Shown piece by piece: positions 31,214 through 40,924 of a stretch of 64,000 bases of DNA; within the stretch, counting starts at the first letter, position 1, and every line of letters starts with the position of its first letter. The stretch is taken from NCBI GenBank assembly GCA_963665665.1, contig OY762428.1:2528001-2592000 (forward strand), written 5' to 3'. This stretch comes from Candidatus Kapaibacterium sp. (GTDB lineage: Bacteria; Bacteroidota; Ignavibacteria; Kapaibacteriales; UBA2268). The notes beneath the pieces are model-generated. The model worked only from the letters and a program-made list of their open reading frames with translations, did not search any database and had not been told where the DNA came from. The translations under genes and the position numbers were made by a program.

Positions 31214-31220
31214 TCATGAT

Positions 31221-31350
31221 TTCCCCTCATTCCACTTCTTACCAAGTTGTACTTGGTAATGTAGCTTTTCTGAGAAGCTGTGCTTCATAATTTCAAAGTA
31301 CAACTTTTTAGGAAATTTACCTTCTCAAGCAGGGGCTTGGGAAGGAGAAA
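31221..31350 (+). repeat. Four-hairpin REPIN-like repeat, full copy
   Basis: ttaccaagttgtacttggtaa / gaagctgtgcttc / aaagtacaacttt / ccttctcaagcaggggcttgggaagg. Confidence 0.85.
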
Positions 31351-31424
31351 AAATTATATTATTTTATTCTTTCAATCAGAATAATTATCTTACGTCAAAA
31401 ATTAGAAAAGGAGAATCAGGAACA

Positions 31425-31628
31425 ATGGAATCATTACTAATAACTCCCGGAAATAAAAAAGAAATGGCAATTATTCTGAATTTTATTGAGAAAATGAAAG
31501 TTCGTTCAAGACTTCTTTCTCAGGATGATTTGGAAGATATTGGAATGGCATATCTTATGAATCAGGCTGATAAAGACGATAAGGTTGCGGAAGAGGAAAT
31601 TCTCCGGGAACTAAATGATGGATGTTGA
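31425..31628 (+). CDS. Putative antitoxin of a RelE-type module
   Basis: 67 aa with acidic C-terminus (LEDIGMAYLMNQAD); RBS; overlaps the downstream RelE. Confidence 0.7.
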   Translation: MESLLITPGNKKEMAIILNFIEKMKVRSRLLSQDDLEDIGMAYLMNQADKDDKVAEEEILRELNDGC

Positions 31629-31884
31629 ATTCCTCTCTGCATTTCATCGGGATATTAAAAAGATAAAATCCCGGGAAATTAAAAGAAGGCTGATTGAAAC
31701 AATTGCTATGATTAAATCGACAAAACATCCCCATGATATACCAAATTTGAAGAAAATGGCTATACTGCCAAACGCTTTCAGAATCCGAATAGGCGATTAT
31801 CGACTTGGTATTTTTATTGAATCAGAAAAAGTGATATTTGCAAGAATTGCTCACAGAAAAGATATTTATAAAATTTTCCCTTAA
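31615..31884 (+). CDS. RelE/ParE-family toxin
   Basis: F.RDIKK, NLKKM....FRIRIGDYRLG, RIAHRKDIY. Confidence 0.88.
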   Translation: MMDVEFLSAFHRDIKKIKSREIKRRLIETIAMIKSTKHPHDIPNLKKMAILPNAFRIRIGDYRLGIFIESEKVIFARIAHRKDIYKIFP

Positions 31885-31915
31885 ATATTATTCCGCTAAT
31901 ATTATGGATATAAAC

Positions 31916-33220
31916 ATGAAAACAATATTACTGCTGTTCATTCTATTTTCTGCCACTAATATCTTTGCCCACAATGGCAAATGGACACGAATGCATCCTG
32001 AAAATCATCCATCAGCGAGGGAATTGTTCGGGATGGCACAATTGACTGATGGAAAAATTCTTTTATTTGGTGGAAATAATATTACCCAACATGAATTGAA
32101 CAATGACACATGGATATTTGATCTTGCTACAAAACAATGGACTATAATCAATACTATTCATAAACCTGCTGAACGATTTCGCCATGGAATGGCAAATATA
32201 ACAGATGGAAAAGTACTGTTATTCGGTGGCCAGGTGCTTTCCGGAAATACACATGTTGAAGTAAATGATACCTGGATATTTGATATAGAGACAATGGATT
32301 GGGAAGAACTGATACCGGTGGATAGTGCATACCCGAGAGAACGTTTCAATATTTCTAAATTAACTGATAACAGAGTTCTAATTTTTGGTGGAAACGTAGA
32401 TCTTCCCGGAGATGATTTTTGGGTACATGCTTCAGATACATGGTACTTTGATTTGCAAAAGAATAGATGGAAAAGAGTTGGCTACCCCTCAGGATTTTTC
32501 ATTGATGGCCGTGAGGCCGGCCAGATGGCATATCTGGATAATGGAAGAGTCCTGATGACCGGAGGATGGCATTATAAATATTTAGATGATAATTACATAT
32601 TTGATTATCTTGATATTGATATACTCGACTATTCTCTTGATACTATAAACCCAAAATCAAACATTCCTAAGGTAGTTGGCTCATCAATGGCTAATTTATG
32701 CGAAGGCAGTATCCTTCTTTACGGAGGCAATACCGGTACCTGGCAATTTATTGATACCTGGATATTCAGCATAAAAGATACATCATGGAAAGAACTCAAA
32801 TTAACTTCACCACCCGAAAGATCAGCTCATACAATATCAAAGATCAGCGATAATAAAGTTATATTGTTCGGGGGCAATGGCTATGATTATGAAGGAGAAT
32901 ACAACTTCAATTATTCAGATACATGGCTTTTTGAATATGAACCGAATGATGTTGAAGAAAATGAAAATAGTAAAACTGCAGGAATAATTCAAAACGGGGA
33001 TAGAGCAAAAATTTCTATTCCTTCTGATAATTCAATACACAATCCGAAATTAAAGATTGTGGATATATGCGGCAGGGAGATATTTATTGATTATTCATTC
33101 TCAAATTCCGCAGATTCTTCCCGTATTGAGTTTAGTACTACCAACCTTGCTGCGGGCGTGTATTTTGCCACGGTGAAGGCAGGCGCGGAGGTTTGGAATT
33201 TTAAGTTTTTCGCGGAGTAG
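31916..33220 (+). CDS. Kelch-repeat beta-propeller secreted protein with T9SS CTD (paralog 2)
   Basis: Start at MKTILL (31916) by alignment with paralog 1; kelch blades; near-identical signal region and CTD. Confidence 0.88.
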   Translation: MKTILLLFILFSATNIFAHNGKWTRMHPENHPSARELFGMAQLTDGKILLFGGNNITQHELNNDTWIFDLATKQWTIINTIHKPAERFRHGMANITDGKVLLFGGQVLSGNTHVEVNDTWIFDIETMDWEELIPVDSAYPRERFNISKLTDNRVLIFGGNVDLPGDDFWVHASDTWYFDLQKNRWKRVGYPSGFFIDGREAGQMAYLDNGRVLMTGGWHYKYLDDNYIFDYLDIDILDYSLDTINPKSNIPKVVGSSMANLCEGSILLYGGNTGTWQFIDTWIFSIKDTSWKELKLTSPPERSAHTISKISDNKVILFGGNGYDYEGEYNFNYSDTWLFEYEPNDVEENENSKTAGIIQNGDRAKISIPSDNSIHNPKLKIVDICGREIFIDYSFSNSADSSRIEFSTTNLAAGVYFATVKAGAEVWNFKFFAE

Positions 33221-33262
33221 GATTATCAGATGGCAATGCCTCTTAATTCGAAAAGCATTTTT

Positions 33263-33400
33263 ACACCACCCCTGCTTGCCCCGATTTATCGGAGATGTAT
33301 CGGGGCCATTCGGGCCCCCTACGCCGGAGTGGAATCTCCTTAATTTATAATTATCATGATGTTAATTCCCCTCAATTGTAGAGTATTAAAGGGGTGGTTG
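33263..33400. repeat. Degenerate REP-like element (accacccct...aggggtggt ends) with nested ccccgatttatcgg...cgggg
   Basis: Complementary termini and an internal mini-palindrome. Confidence 0.5.
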
Positions 33401-33509
33401 GTCGGATATATTGATAAAATGCTTGTTTTGCTGTAAAAATAAGAGCCTCATCAAAACCTGGAAATATCATTTTTCTTCATGGCGAATTAGAAAAATGCAG
33501 TTATTCTAA

Positions 33510-33540
33510 CTTCCCAAGCAGGGGCTTGGGAAGAAGAAAA
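33510..33540 (+). repeat. Four-hairpin REPIN-like repeat, terminal hairpin only
   Basis: cttcccaag-caggg-gcttgggaag. Confidence 0.75.
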
Positions 33541-33669
33541 AGTTTTTAAGGAAATAACCCTCCAAAGTTATGTCATACCAGATAAAATCTTGGAAAACAG
33601 CTGCTGTTTTTTTAAATTAAGATAATATTTGATTTGATACGTTTTTGATTAAAACCTTGTGAGGCAGAA

Positions 33670-34563
33670 ATGTATAATTTTAAAGAAAAATATATAAACC
33701 CATTTACCGATTACGGCTTTAAAAAGCTTTTCGGAGAGGAACCAAATAAAGACCTGCTACTGGATTTCCTGAATGAGCTGTTGCGAGAAGAACAAGGCGA
33801 GATAAAAGACCTGACCTATCTGAAAAATGAAAACCTGGGCGCTGCCGAGGCAGACCGAAGAGCTATTTTCGATCTGTACTGTGAAAATGAGAAGGGTGAA
33901 AAATTCATTGTCGAGCTGCAGAAAACCAAGCAGAACTTCTTCAAGGACAGGACGGTTTATTATTCAACTTTTCCTATCAGAGACCAGGCACAGCGCGGTG
34001 ACTGGAATTACGAGCTAAACCCCGTTTATACAATCGCTGTTCTGGATTTCATTTTCGACGATGACAAAAAAGAACCTGAAAAATTTCGATACAACGTGAA
34101 ATTAAGCGATTTGGACAGCCACGAAGTATTCTATGATAAGTGGACATTTATATACCTTGAAATGCCAAAGTTCAACAAAACCATAGATGAGCTTGAAACC
34201 CGGTTTGACAAATGGCTGTATGTACTCAGGAACCTGAACAGGCTGGATCGTGTTCCGGATAAACTTCGTGAAAGAATATTCGAGAAACTTTTCGAAACTG
34301 CGGAGATTGCGAAATTTACCCCCCAACAGGTAATGAATTACGAGGACAGCCTGAAATACTACAGAGACCTGAAAAATTCTATAGACACCGCCCGCGATGA
34401 AGGCAAAGAAGAAGGGTATGAAGAAGGCATCGAGAAAGGAATAGAAAAAGGAAAAATTTTAGTAGCCAGAAACTTATTAAAAAATGGAATTGCAATAGAT
34501 ATAATAGTAAAAGCTACCGGGTTGACAAAGGACGATATTAACAGTTTGAAATCACTGGTATGA
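33670..34563 (+). CDS. Rpn-family / PD-(D/E)XK nuclease (PDDEXK_2, 'putative transposase'), copy 1
   Basis: INPFTDYGFKKLFG, IFDLYC...FIVELQ, YLEMPKF, EG.E.G repeats and a C-terminal HTH-like tail. Confidence 0.92.
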   Translation: MYNFKEKYINPFTDYGFKKLFGEEPNKDLLLDFLNELLREEQGEIKDLTYLKNENLGAAEADRRAIFDLYCENEKGEKFIVELQKTKQNFFKDRTVYYSTFPIRDQAQRGDWNYELNPVYTIAVLDFIFDDDKKEPEKFRYNVKLSDLDSHEVFYDKWTFIYLEMPKFNKTIDELETRFDKWLYVLRNLNRLDRVPDKLRERIFEKLFETAEIAKFTPQQVMNYEDSLKYYRDLKNSIDTARDEGKEEGYEEGIEKGIEKGKILVARNLLKNGIAIDIIVKATGLTKDDINSLKSLV

Positions 34564-34589
34564 ATCCCAAAGTAAACTTTGGAAACTGA

Positions 34590-34730
34590 TTCCGCAGCAA
34601 GCTGCGGGGTATTTTTTCCCTCCGACTTCGTCGGGATTGTTCGACTATCAAATTTCTTTCTCTTCGTTCATGAAATTTGAGTCTCACGAATAAATTCCCC
34701 CCCCCACCGTACCCGATTTATCGGGGAAAG
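34590..34730. repeat. Cluster of small palindromic REP-like elements
   Basis: ccgcagcaagctgcgg; tccgacttcgtcgg; tcaaatttc...gaaatttga; cccgatttatcggg. Confidence 0.55.
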
Positions 34731-34744
34731 ACAAATAGCAAAAA

Positions 34745-34865
34745 TCCCCCTCATTCCGGACTTGTACTACGTAATGTAGCTTTTCTGAGAAGCTGTGCTT
34801 CATAATTCCAAAGTATAACTTTGCATGAAATTGACCTTCCCAAGTACAACCTGGGAAGGAGAAAA
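34745..34865 (+). repeat. Four-hairpin REPIN-like repeat, full copy
   Basis: Colinear with 31221-31350 (taatgtagcttttctgagaagctgtgcttcataatt shared). Confidence 0.85.
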
Positions 34866-34965
34866 AATAATTAAAAGATAAAATCTTGGAAAACAACTGC
34901 TGTTTTTTTAAATTAAGATAATATTTGATTTGATACGTTTTTGATTAAAACCTTGTGAGGCAGAA

Positions 34966-35886
34966 ATGTATAATTTTAAAGAAAAATATATAAACCCCTT
35001 TACCGATTACGGTTTCAAAAAGCTTTTCGGAGAGGAACCAAATAAAGACCTGCTAATGGATTTCCTGAATGAACTGTTGAGGGAAGAACAGGGCGAGATC
35101 AAAGACCTGACCTATTTGAAAAATGAAAACCTCGGTGCTGCCGAAGCAGACCGAAGGGCTATTTTCGATCTTTATTGTGAAAATGAGAAGGGTGAAAAAT
35201 TCATCGTCGAGCTGCAAAAAACCAAGCAGAACTTCTTCAAAGACAGAACGGTTTATTATTCTACATTTCCTATCAGAGACCAGGCACAGCGCGGTGACTG
35301 GAATTACGAGCTAAACCCCGTTTATACAATCGCTGTTCTGGATTTCATTTTCGACGATGACAAAAAAGAACCTGAAAAATTCCGATACAACGTGAAATTA
35401 AGCGATTTGGACAGCCACGAGGTATTCTATGATAAGTGGACGTTTATCTATCTTGAAATGCCAAAGTTCAACAAAACAATAGACGAGCTTGAAACCCGGT
35501 TTGATAAATGGCTTTATGTACTCAGGAATCTGAACAGGCTGGATCGTGTTCCGGATAAACTTCGTGAAAGAATATTCGAAAAACTTTTCGAAACTGCCGA
35601 GATTGCGAAATTCACTCCCCAACAGGTAATGAATTACGAGGACAGCCTGAAATACTACAGAGACCTGAAAAATTCTATTGACACCGCCCGCGATGAAGGC
35701 AAAGAAGAAGGGTATGAACAAGGCGTCGAGAAAGGTAAACTTGAAGGTATAATTGAAGGAGAAAAGTCGGGAATTGAAAAAGGAAAAATTTTAGTAGCCA
35801 GAAACTTATTAAAAAATGGAATTGCAATAGATATAATAGTAAAAGCTACCGGGTTGACAAAGGACGATATTAACAGTTTGAAATAA
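34966..35886 (+). CDS. Rpn-family / PD-(D/E)XK nuclease, copy 2
   Basis: Almost identical protein to copy 1 with a longer EG-repeat; the ~90-bp upstream region is also duplicated (33580-33669 vs 34877-34965). Confidence 0.92.
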   Translation: MYNFKEKYINPFTDYGFKKLFGEEPNKDLLMDFLNELLREEQGEIKDLTYLKNENLGAAEADRRAIFDLYCENEKGEKFIVELQKTKQNFFKDRTVYYSTFPIRDQAQRGDWNYELNPVYTIAVLDFIFDDDKKEPEKFRYNVKLSDLDSHEVFYDKWTFIYLEMPKFNKTIDELETRFDKWLYVLRNLNRLDRVPDKLRERIFEKLFETAEIAKFTPQQVMNYEDSLKYYRDLKNSIDTARDEGKEEGYEQGVEKGKLEGIIEGEKSGIEKGKILVARNLLKNGIAIDIIVKATGLTKDDINSLK

Positions 35887-35976
35887 ATATCTATTCGGAT
35901 TTACTTTGATTTAACAGTTCAATATTTTTTGCTGAACCAAACTTAAATGAAATAATAATCAACTAAGACAAACTTT

Positions 35977-36246
35977 ATGGCAGAATTAATATTTGAATTT
36001 GTTGCATATATCTTCATTGATATACTGGTAGAATTTATTAAAGCGACAGTATATTATACCGGGAAGGCATTATTCATATTATTCCACCTGAACAAATTGT
36101 CGCAGATAGAAAAACCATTCTTCTGGAAGAAAGGAGTAGTTGACGAAGGGGATTACGATGTTAGCAAATCAAGGATTTACTTATATGGTATTTTAACATA
36201 TATGATTATTATTGTTTCAGTTATTTACTTTGTATTTTTCACATAG
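35977..36246 (+). CDS. Small hypothetical membrane protein
   Basis: 89 aa with hydrophobic N- and C-terminal segments. Confidence 0.55.
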   Translation: MAELIFEFVAYIFIDILVEFIKATVYYTGKALFILFHLNKLSQIEKPFFWKKGVVDEGDYDVSKSRIYLYGILTYMIIIVSVIYFVFFT

Positions 36247-36299
36247 CAAGCACTATTAATCAATTTTTGTATGCCTGCCCGATATATATAATGAACTTA

Positions 36300-37184
36300 T
36301 CAAACTACAGCATCAATAATATATCCTGTCATTATCAGAAGGGAATGAATTATCAGCAGCTTGCCGGTTCCGGCCAGCAATTTATTCATTGCCGGACCCG
36401 ATGATTTTAAGACATCTCTCGTGATCTTAACAGACAATGGGAAAGCAGCGAGGCTGATAAGCATCCAGAAATTCCCCGCGAGAAATGCTATTACAACAGG
36501 AACGGCGAAAGCGGCAATATTCAGCGCCAGGTATAGGCGGTTGGCATTTTTCCTGCCAAGACGGACAGCAAGTGTTATTTTCCCGGCTTTTACATCCGTT
36601 TCAATATCCCGCATATTGTTTACCCCGAGAATATTCATCGACAGGAACCCCGGCGCAAGGCTAATAAGAAATATTTCCAAGGGCAATGTCTGCGCCTGAA
36701 TATAATACGTTCCGCAAACGGCTGTAATCCCGAAAAATATCAGTACGAAGATATCGCTGATGCCGAGATATGCCAAAGGATAGGGCCCGCCGGTATAAAG
36801 CCAGGCGAACAGAAATGAGAATAATCCGATTGCAAGGATCGGCCAGCCACCCTCGAATACAAGAAGCAGGCCCAGTACAAATGTTATCATTATCAGCACT
36901 ATGGTAACATTGCGCATTTCCCGCGGGTTGATTATTCCCTCGGCAACTGCGCGGCGCGGCCCGACTCTTTCCTCAGTGTCAGCGCCTTTTTTGGCATCAT
37001 ATATTTCGTTAATAAAATTTGTGATTATCTGAATCAGCAGAGAGCAAATCAAAGCAAGTGCGCACACCCAAAAGGAAAATACCCCGTCGTGAAATGCTGC
37101 CGCCCCGGCTATACCAACAGGAGTAGCCCCTGCCGGCAGGGTTTTAGGCCTGGTGGCCTCTATCCAGTATTTTATTTCTGCCAT
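36300..37184 (-). CDS. menA: 1,4-dihydroxy-2-naphthoate polyprenyltransferase
   Basis: W..ATRPKTL, NE.YD..KGAD..RVGP.R, NNMRDIETD..AGK.TLAVRLG. Confidence 0.93.
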   Translation of the reverse strand: MAEIKYWIEATRPKTLPAGATPVGIAGAAAFHDGVFSFWVCALALICSLLIQIITNFINEIYDAKKGADTEERVGPRRAVAEGIINPREMRNVTIVLIMITFVLGLLLVFEGGWPILAIGLFSFLFAWLYTGGPYPLAYLGISDIFVLIFFGITAVCGTYYIQAQTLPLEIFLISLAPGFLSMNILGVNNMRDIETDVKAGKITLAVRLGRKNANRLYLALNIAAFAVPVVIAFLAGNFWMLISLAAFPLSVKITRDVLKSSGPAMNKLLAGTGKLLIIHSLLIMTGYIIDAVV

Positions 37185-37430
37185 AGTACCTGTAATTATC
37201 ATTTACAACATATCATCAGCGTCCGATTGACGCCGGAAATCACAGGCAAAATACGAAAATATCACATCAGCCCAGGAATAATTTTATCAACTTATGATAC
37301 ATTACTGTTGTAAGAGTTTTCATTATATGGTGTCAATTAAATATAGATTTGTTTCTTCTGGAAAGTAATTATGCAGTAATAGATTGGAAATATATACAGC
37401 AGTTTTATGGTTTAATAATTACCCGAAATT

Positions 37431-38282
37431 CTATTTCAGGTTGAAATCAACTGTATAAATATAAGGCCAGTTCTTCCCGGTTACATAATAGGTTTTTGTA
37501 TCCTTGTCGTAAGCAATACCGTTCAGCACGTCGAGGTTTTGATACCCTGCCACAGTATTTTTCAGGGGGGATAAATCAATGAATCCCAATACATAACCCG
37601 ATTCAGGATCAATTCTTGCTATCTGGTCGGAACCATACAGGTTGGCATGTATCTCGCCGTTTATATATTCAAGTTCGTTTATATAATTCAAGGGTGAGCC
37701 ATTAAAAAAGACCCTGACCCTTTTTACTTCCCTGAAGGTTTGCGGGTCCAGGTATTTAAGAACGTTTGAACCATCGGAAATAATAAGGTATTTGCCCTCT
37801 GTTGTTATTCCCCATCCCTCGCCGGAATAGGTAAATTCACCGCTTTTTTCCAGTGTATTCAGGTCAAAAATAAAGCCGAGCCTGGCAATCCATGTTAGCA
37901 TATATATCTTTCCGTTCAGCAGGACAATTCCCTCGGAAAAATATTTATCTTCGATTTTAACTTTTTTTTCTATTTCACCGGTTTTTGGATTAATTCTTCT
38001 TAAAGTAGATTCGCCGTATTGCCCGGTACTCTCGTACAAGCGCCCGTCGTGAAAGATCAGGCCCTGAGTATAGGCATTGTTATCATGATCAATCATTGAC
38101 GAAATTTTAATGCTCAGGTTGCCCGCAGGAAAACTCTGATCGGCGGGATTTTCATTTTTTATTTCGGCAGTTTTCGCGGCTGCGGGCTTGGTTTTTACTT
38201 CCGGTAAAGGCTCCTGTTGCTTGCTGCTGTTGCATGATGTAACCAACAGCAATTGCAATATTATGAACAGAATAAATTTCAT
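37431..38282 (-). CDS. Glutaminyl-peptide cyclotransferase (type II), lipoprotein
   Basis: HD..AYTQGL, ESTG.YG.S, GEGWG, NELEY, VLNGIAYD, VTGKNWP; lipobox VTSC. Confidence 0.92.
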   Translation of the reverse strand: MKFILFIILQLLLVTSCNSSKQQEPLPEVKTKPAAAKTAEIKNENPADQSFPAGNLSIKISSMIDHDNNAYTQGLIFHDGRLYESTGQYGESTLRRINPKTGEIEKKVKIEDKYFSEGIVLLNGKIYMLTWIARLGFIFDLNTLEKSGEFTYSGEGWGITTEGKYLIISDGSNVLKYLDPQTFREVKRVRVFFNGSPLNYINELEYINGEIHANLYGSDQIARIDPESGYVLGFIDLSPLKNTVAGYQNLDVLNGIAYDKDTKTYYVTGKNWPYIYTVDFNLK

Positions 38283-38283
38283 T

Positions 38284-38748
38284 TCAGCTTTTGTTTATTT
38301 TTTCTATAATGGAACTTGTTGATTTTCCTTCAACAAATTCAATAACTACTACTTTGCCTCCGCCGTCGCGGACAATATCTGCTCCGACAATATCATCGGG
38401 ATCATAGTCGCCGCCCTTTACCAGGATGTCCGGTTTCAGATAATTTATCAGGTTAAACGGGGTTTCCTCGTCAAATATTAGCACGAAATCAATAGAACGC
38501 AGCCCGGAAAGAACAGCCGCACGATCTTTCTCTCCGTTCACCGGACGGGACGGCCCTTTAAGTATCTTTACGGATTCGTCGCTATTCAGCCCCAGCACGA
38601 GTATGTCACCGAGGCGCCGGGCTTCTTCCAGGTATTTAACATGTCCTGCATGGATAATGTCAAAGCATCCGTTTGTAAAAACTATTTTCCTGCCGGATTT
38701 CCTGTATTCGTCGATTAGAGGTTTTATTGATTCTTTTGATACTAACAT
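38284..38748 (-). CDS. rfaE2: D-glycero-beta-D-manno-heptose 1-phosphate adenylyltransferase
   Basis: [38 protein letters not shown]. Confidence 0.94.
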   Translation of the reverse strand: MLVSKESIKPLIDEYRKSGRKIVFTNGCFDIIHAGHVKYLEEARRLGDILVLGLNSDESVKILKGPSRPVNGEKDRAAVLSGLRSIDFVLIFDEETPFNLINYLKPDILVKGGDYDPDDIVGADIVRDGGGKVVVIEFVEGKSTSSIIEKINKS

Positions 38749-38752
38749 GCCC

Positions 38753-39745
38753 TTATTTCGAGTTTAGTTCCACAGCCCTGATTAGTTTTTTCGGTTCAAT
38801 AGGTACAATGCCGGGCATTTCGCATACCACGCCGGAAGCGTAATTTGCAAGTGTTGCCGATTCCCTGATATTCGCACCAGAACAATATGCAGCCGAGAGA
38901 GTTGCTATTGCAGTATCGCCTGCACCGGAAACATCTGCCACGTGCCTTGCCCTGGTGGGTACGGAGTTAATAGCGCCGTTCTTCTCGAATAGCATCATCC
39001 CGTCTTTTCCGAGCGTAAGCAGTACATTCTCGCATTCCAGCCTTTCAAGCAAAGTTTTGCCTGCCATAATGATATCTTCATCTGTATTAAGTTCCATCCC
39101 GAGAGCCTGTGCCGCTTCTTTTTTATTAGGCTTAAAAACGGTAATGCCCTTGTAATCAAAAAAGAAATTGAACTTCGGATCGACAAGTATGGCAATATTA
39201 TTATTCAGGGAATATTCTATTACACTTTTTATCAGGTTTTCTGAAATGCAGCCTTTATTATAATCTTCAAAGATCACTGTTGAAAGGCCTTCGGTGTTTT
39301 TAATTTTATCAAGAATAAAATTCTCTCCCTCGGTCGGGATCGGAAATCTTTTTTCCTTGTCAAGCCTGACAATCTGCTGGTTATTGCCAATAACGCGGGT
39401 TTTTACGGTTGTGGGCCTGTTTTTATCCCTGAACAGCCCGGAAGGGTCAATGCCGTTTCTATCGGAAATCTCGCTGAAAGCAACGCCTCCCTTATCATCG
39501 CCGATTATTCCGCAAAGAAGCGGGCTCAGGCCGAGCGCTTTCAGGTTATTTGCAACATTGGCGGCCCCGCCAAGATGATATGTTTCTTTCTCAAGGTCAA
39601 CCACCGGAACCGGGGATTCAGGAGAAATCCTGGAAACCGAGCCCCAGAAATATTTATCCAGCATAACATCGCCGATAACGGCAATTTTTTTTCCCTCGCA
39701 GTTTTTTAATATTTGTTCTGTTCTGATAGAATTTAAACTGTGCAT
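38753..39745 (-). CDS. rfaE1: D-glycero-beta-D-manno-heptose-7-phosphate kinase
   Basis: [10 protein letters not shown]...[33 protein letters not shown]. Confidence 0.94.
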   Translation of the reverse strand: MHSLNSIRTEQILKNCEGKKIAVIGDVMLDKYFWGSVSRISPESPVPVVDLEKETYHLGGAANVANNLKALGLSPLLCGIIGDDKGGVAFSEISDRNGIDPSGLFRDKNRPTTVKTRVIGNNQQIVRLDKEKRFPIPTEGENFILDKIKNTEGLSTVIFEDYNKGCISENLIKSVIEYSLNNNIAILVDPKFNFFFDYKGITVFKPNKKEAAQALGMELNTDEDIIMAGKTLLERLECENVLLTLGKDGMMLFEKNGAINSVPTRARHVADVSGAGDTAIATLSAAYCSGANIRESATLANYASGVVCEMPGIVPIEPKKLIRAVELNSK

Positions 39746-40006
39746 CTATTTTTCCTGATAATATTTTATTCTATTACAAATTCAGTTCATAACATATATA
39801 TTATGCTAAGTTCAAAAATAATAATATTTCAAAAATAACAAAAAAAGCCCTCTTTCAGGCAGTTACTAATCAGTATAAAAGAAAAAAATATGAAATGAAT
39901 TCAAAAATACTAAGAAATGTCGTTCCCTTATAAATCGGAGCCGGCTGAACAAAGTGAAGAATCTATAATTATAATCAAATTACCGGTTCCGCCAGTAGGG
40001 ACAATA

Positions 40007-40042
40007 GAAAAGCACGCCTGTAAAAAATTTACTGACGCGCTG
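40007..40042 (-). terminator. Probable terminator downstream of rpmG
   Basis: Minus strand agcgcgtc-agtaaa...tttac-aggcgtgct followed by ttt. Confidence 0.6.
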
Positions 40043-40081
40043 AAATTTTTGTCCCGGGAGCTTATCGATGGATTCCGGGTA

Positions 40082-40261
40082 TTACTTGATTTCTTTATGA
40101 ATAGTGTGCCTGCGAAGGAAAGGATTATATTTTTTAACTTCCAGACGCTCAGGCGTATTATTTTTGTTCTTAGTAGTTGTATACCTTGACGCCGGTTTTC
40201 CTTCTTTCCTTGCCTCTGTGCATTCCAGAGTGATCATATGTCTGGCTTCTTTTTTTGCCAT
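40082..40261 (-). CDS. rpmG: 50S ribosomal protein L33 (Zn-free type)
   Basis: Manual translation [59 protein letters not shown] (59 aa, missing from the ORF track); GGAG RBS. Confidence 0.96.
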   Translation of the reverse strand: MAKKEARHMITLECTEARKEGKPASRYTTTKNKNNTPERLEVKKYNPFLRRHTIHKEIK

Positions 40262-40679
40262 TTTTCCAAACTCCTGTTTAGTAAATTTACAAGAACTACA
40301 AATTTAAAGCATTTATTTAAAAAATACAAGAGGAAAATAAATGGATGAGAAATATTGTTGAAGGTAATTTCAAAAAAATATTACATAATTAGGATATTTG
40401 TAATAAATCAGTAAATAGTTTATAACTCATTGTATTTATTATACAAAATAATTTTAAGTAAATCTTAAAATAATCAATTAGTAAACGAAATATATTATAA
40501 TATTTAGACGAGTGATTTTTTCAACTAATAATTTTGTTAATAATTCGACTTTATAGTATATTATAGATTCTTGAGAAAGGGTGGATTTATTCCTATTCGA
40601 AGAAATATTATGAAGTTTAGTTTTGGAATCATACTATATCAAATATTATACGATTTTCTGCGAGAAGAGGTAATTAAAA

Positions 40680-40916
40680 ATGAAAAATAAAAGGAATTCT
40701 GAAAAACAAAAAAATGGAAGAACAAAAATTAGTTCCTCCAACCATTCTTTTTTGACTGGAATGGTATCAATTTTTGATATTTCAGGAAGTTATTTTAAGA
40801 GAAAAACTTCATATTTGGGCTTCATTGATGATAAAAAGGCGCTTGAAAAAGATTGGAAAGTTGTCGGTACTGATTTGAAAAGTGCAATTATGGAAAAAAT
40901 TAATACATCACATTAA
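40680..40916 (+). CDS. Small hypothetical protein, partner of the DUF2335 gene
   Basis: GAGG RBS; SFLTGMVSIFDISG...DKKALEKDWKVVGTDL; 8 bp from the next gene. Confidence 0.7.
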   Translation: MKNKRNSEKQKNGRTKISSSNHSFLTGMVSIFDISGSYFKRKTSYLGFIDDKKALEKDWKVVGTDLKSAIMEKINTSH

Positions 40917-40924
40917 TTTAATAA

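Noticed and set aside
33670-35886. Rpn genes as IS transposases or a composite transposon
   Set aside because: No terminal inverted repeats or target duplications seen; the family's 'transposase' label is not supported by demonstrated transposition.
39917-40307. Plus-strand ORFs 39917-40189 and 40104-40307
   Set aside because: Shadow ORFs antisense to the real rpmG and its downstream hairpins.
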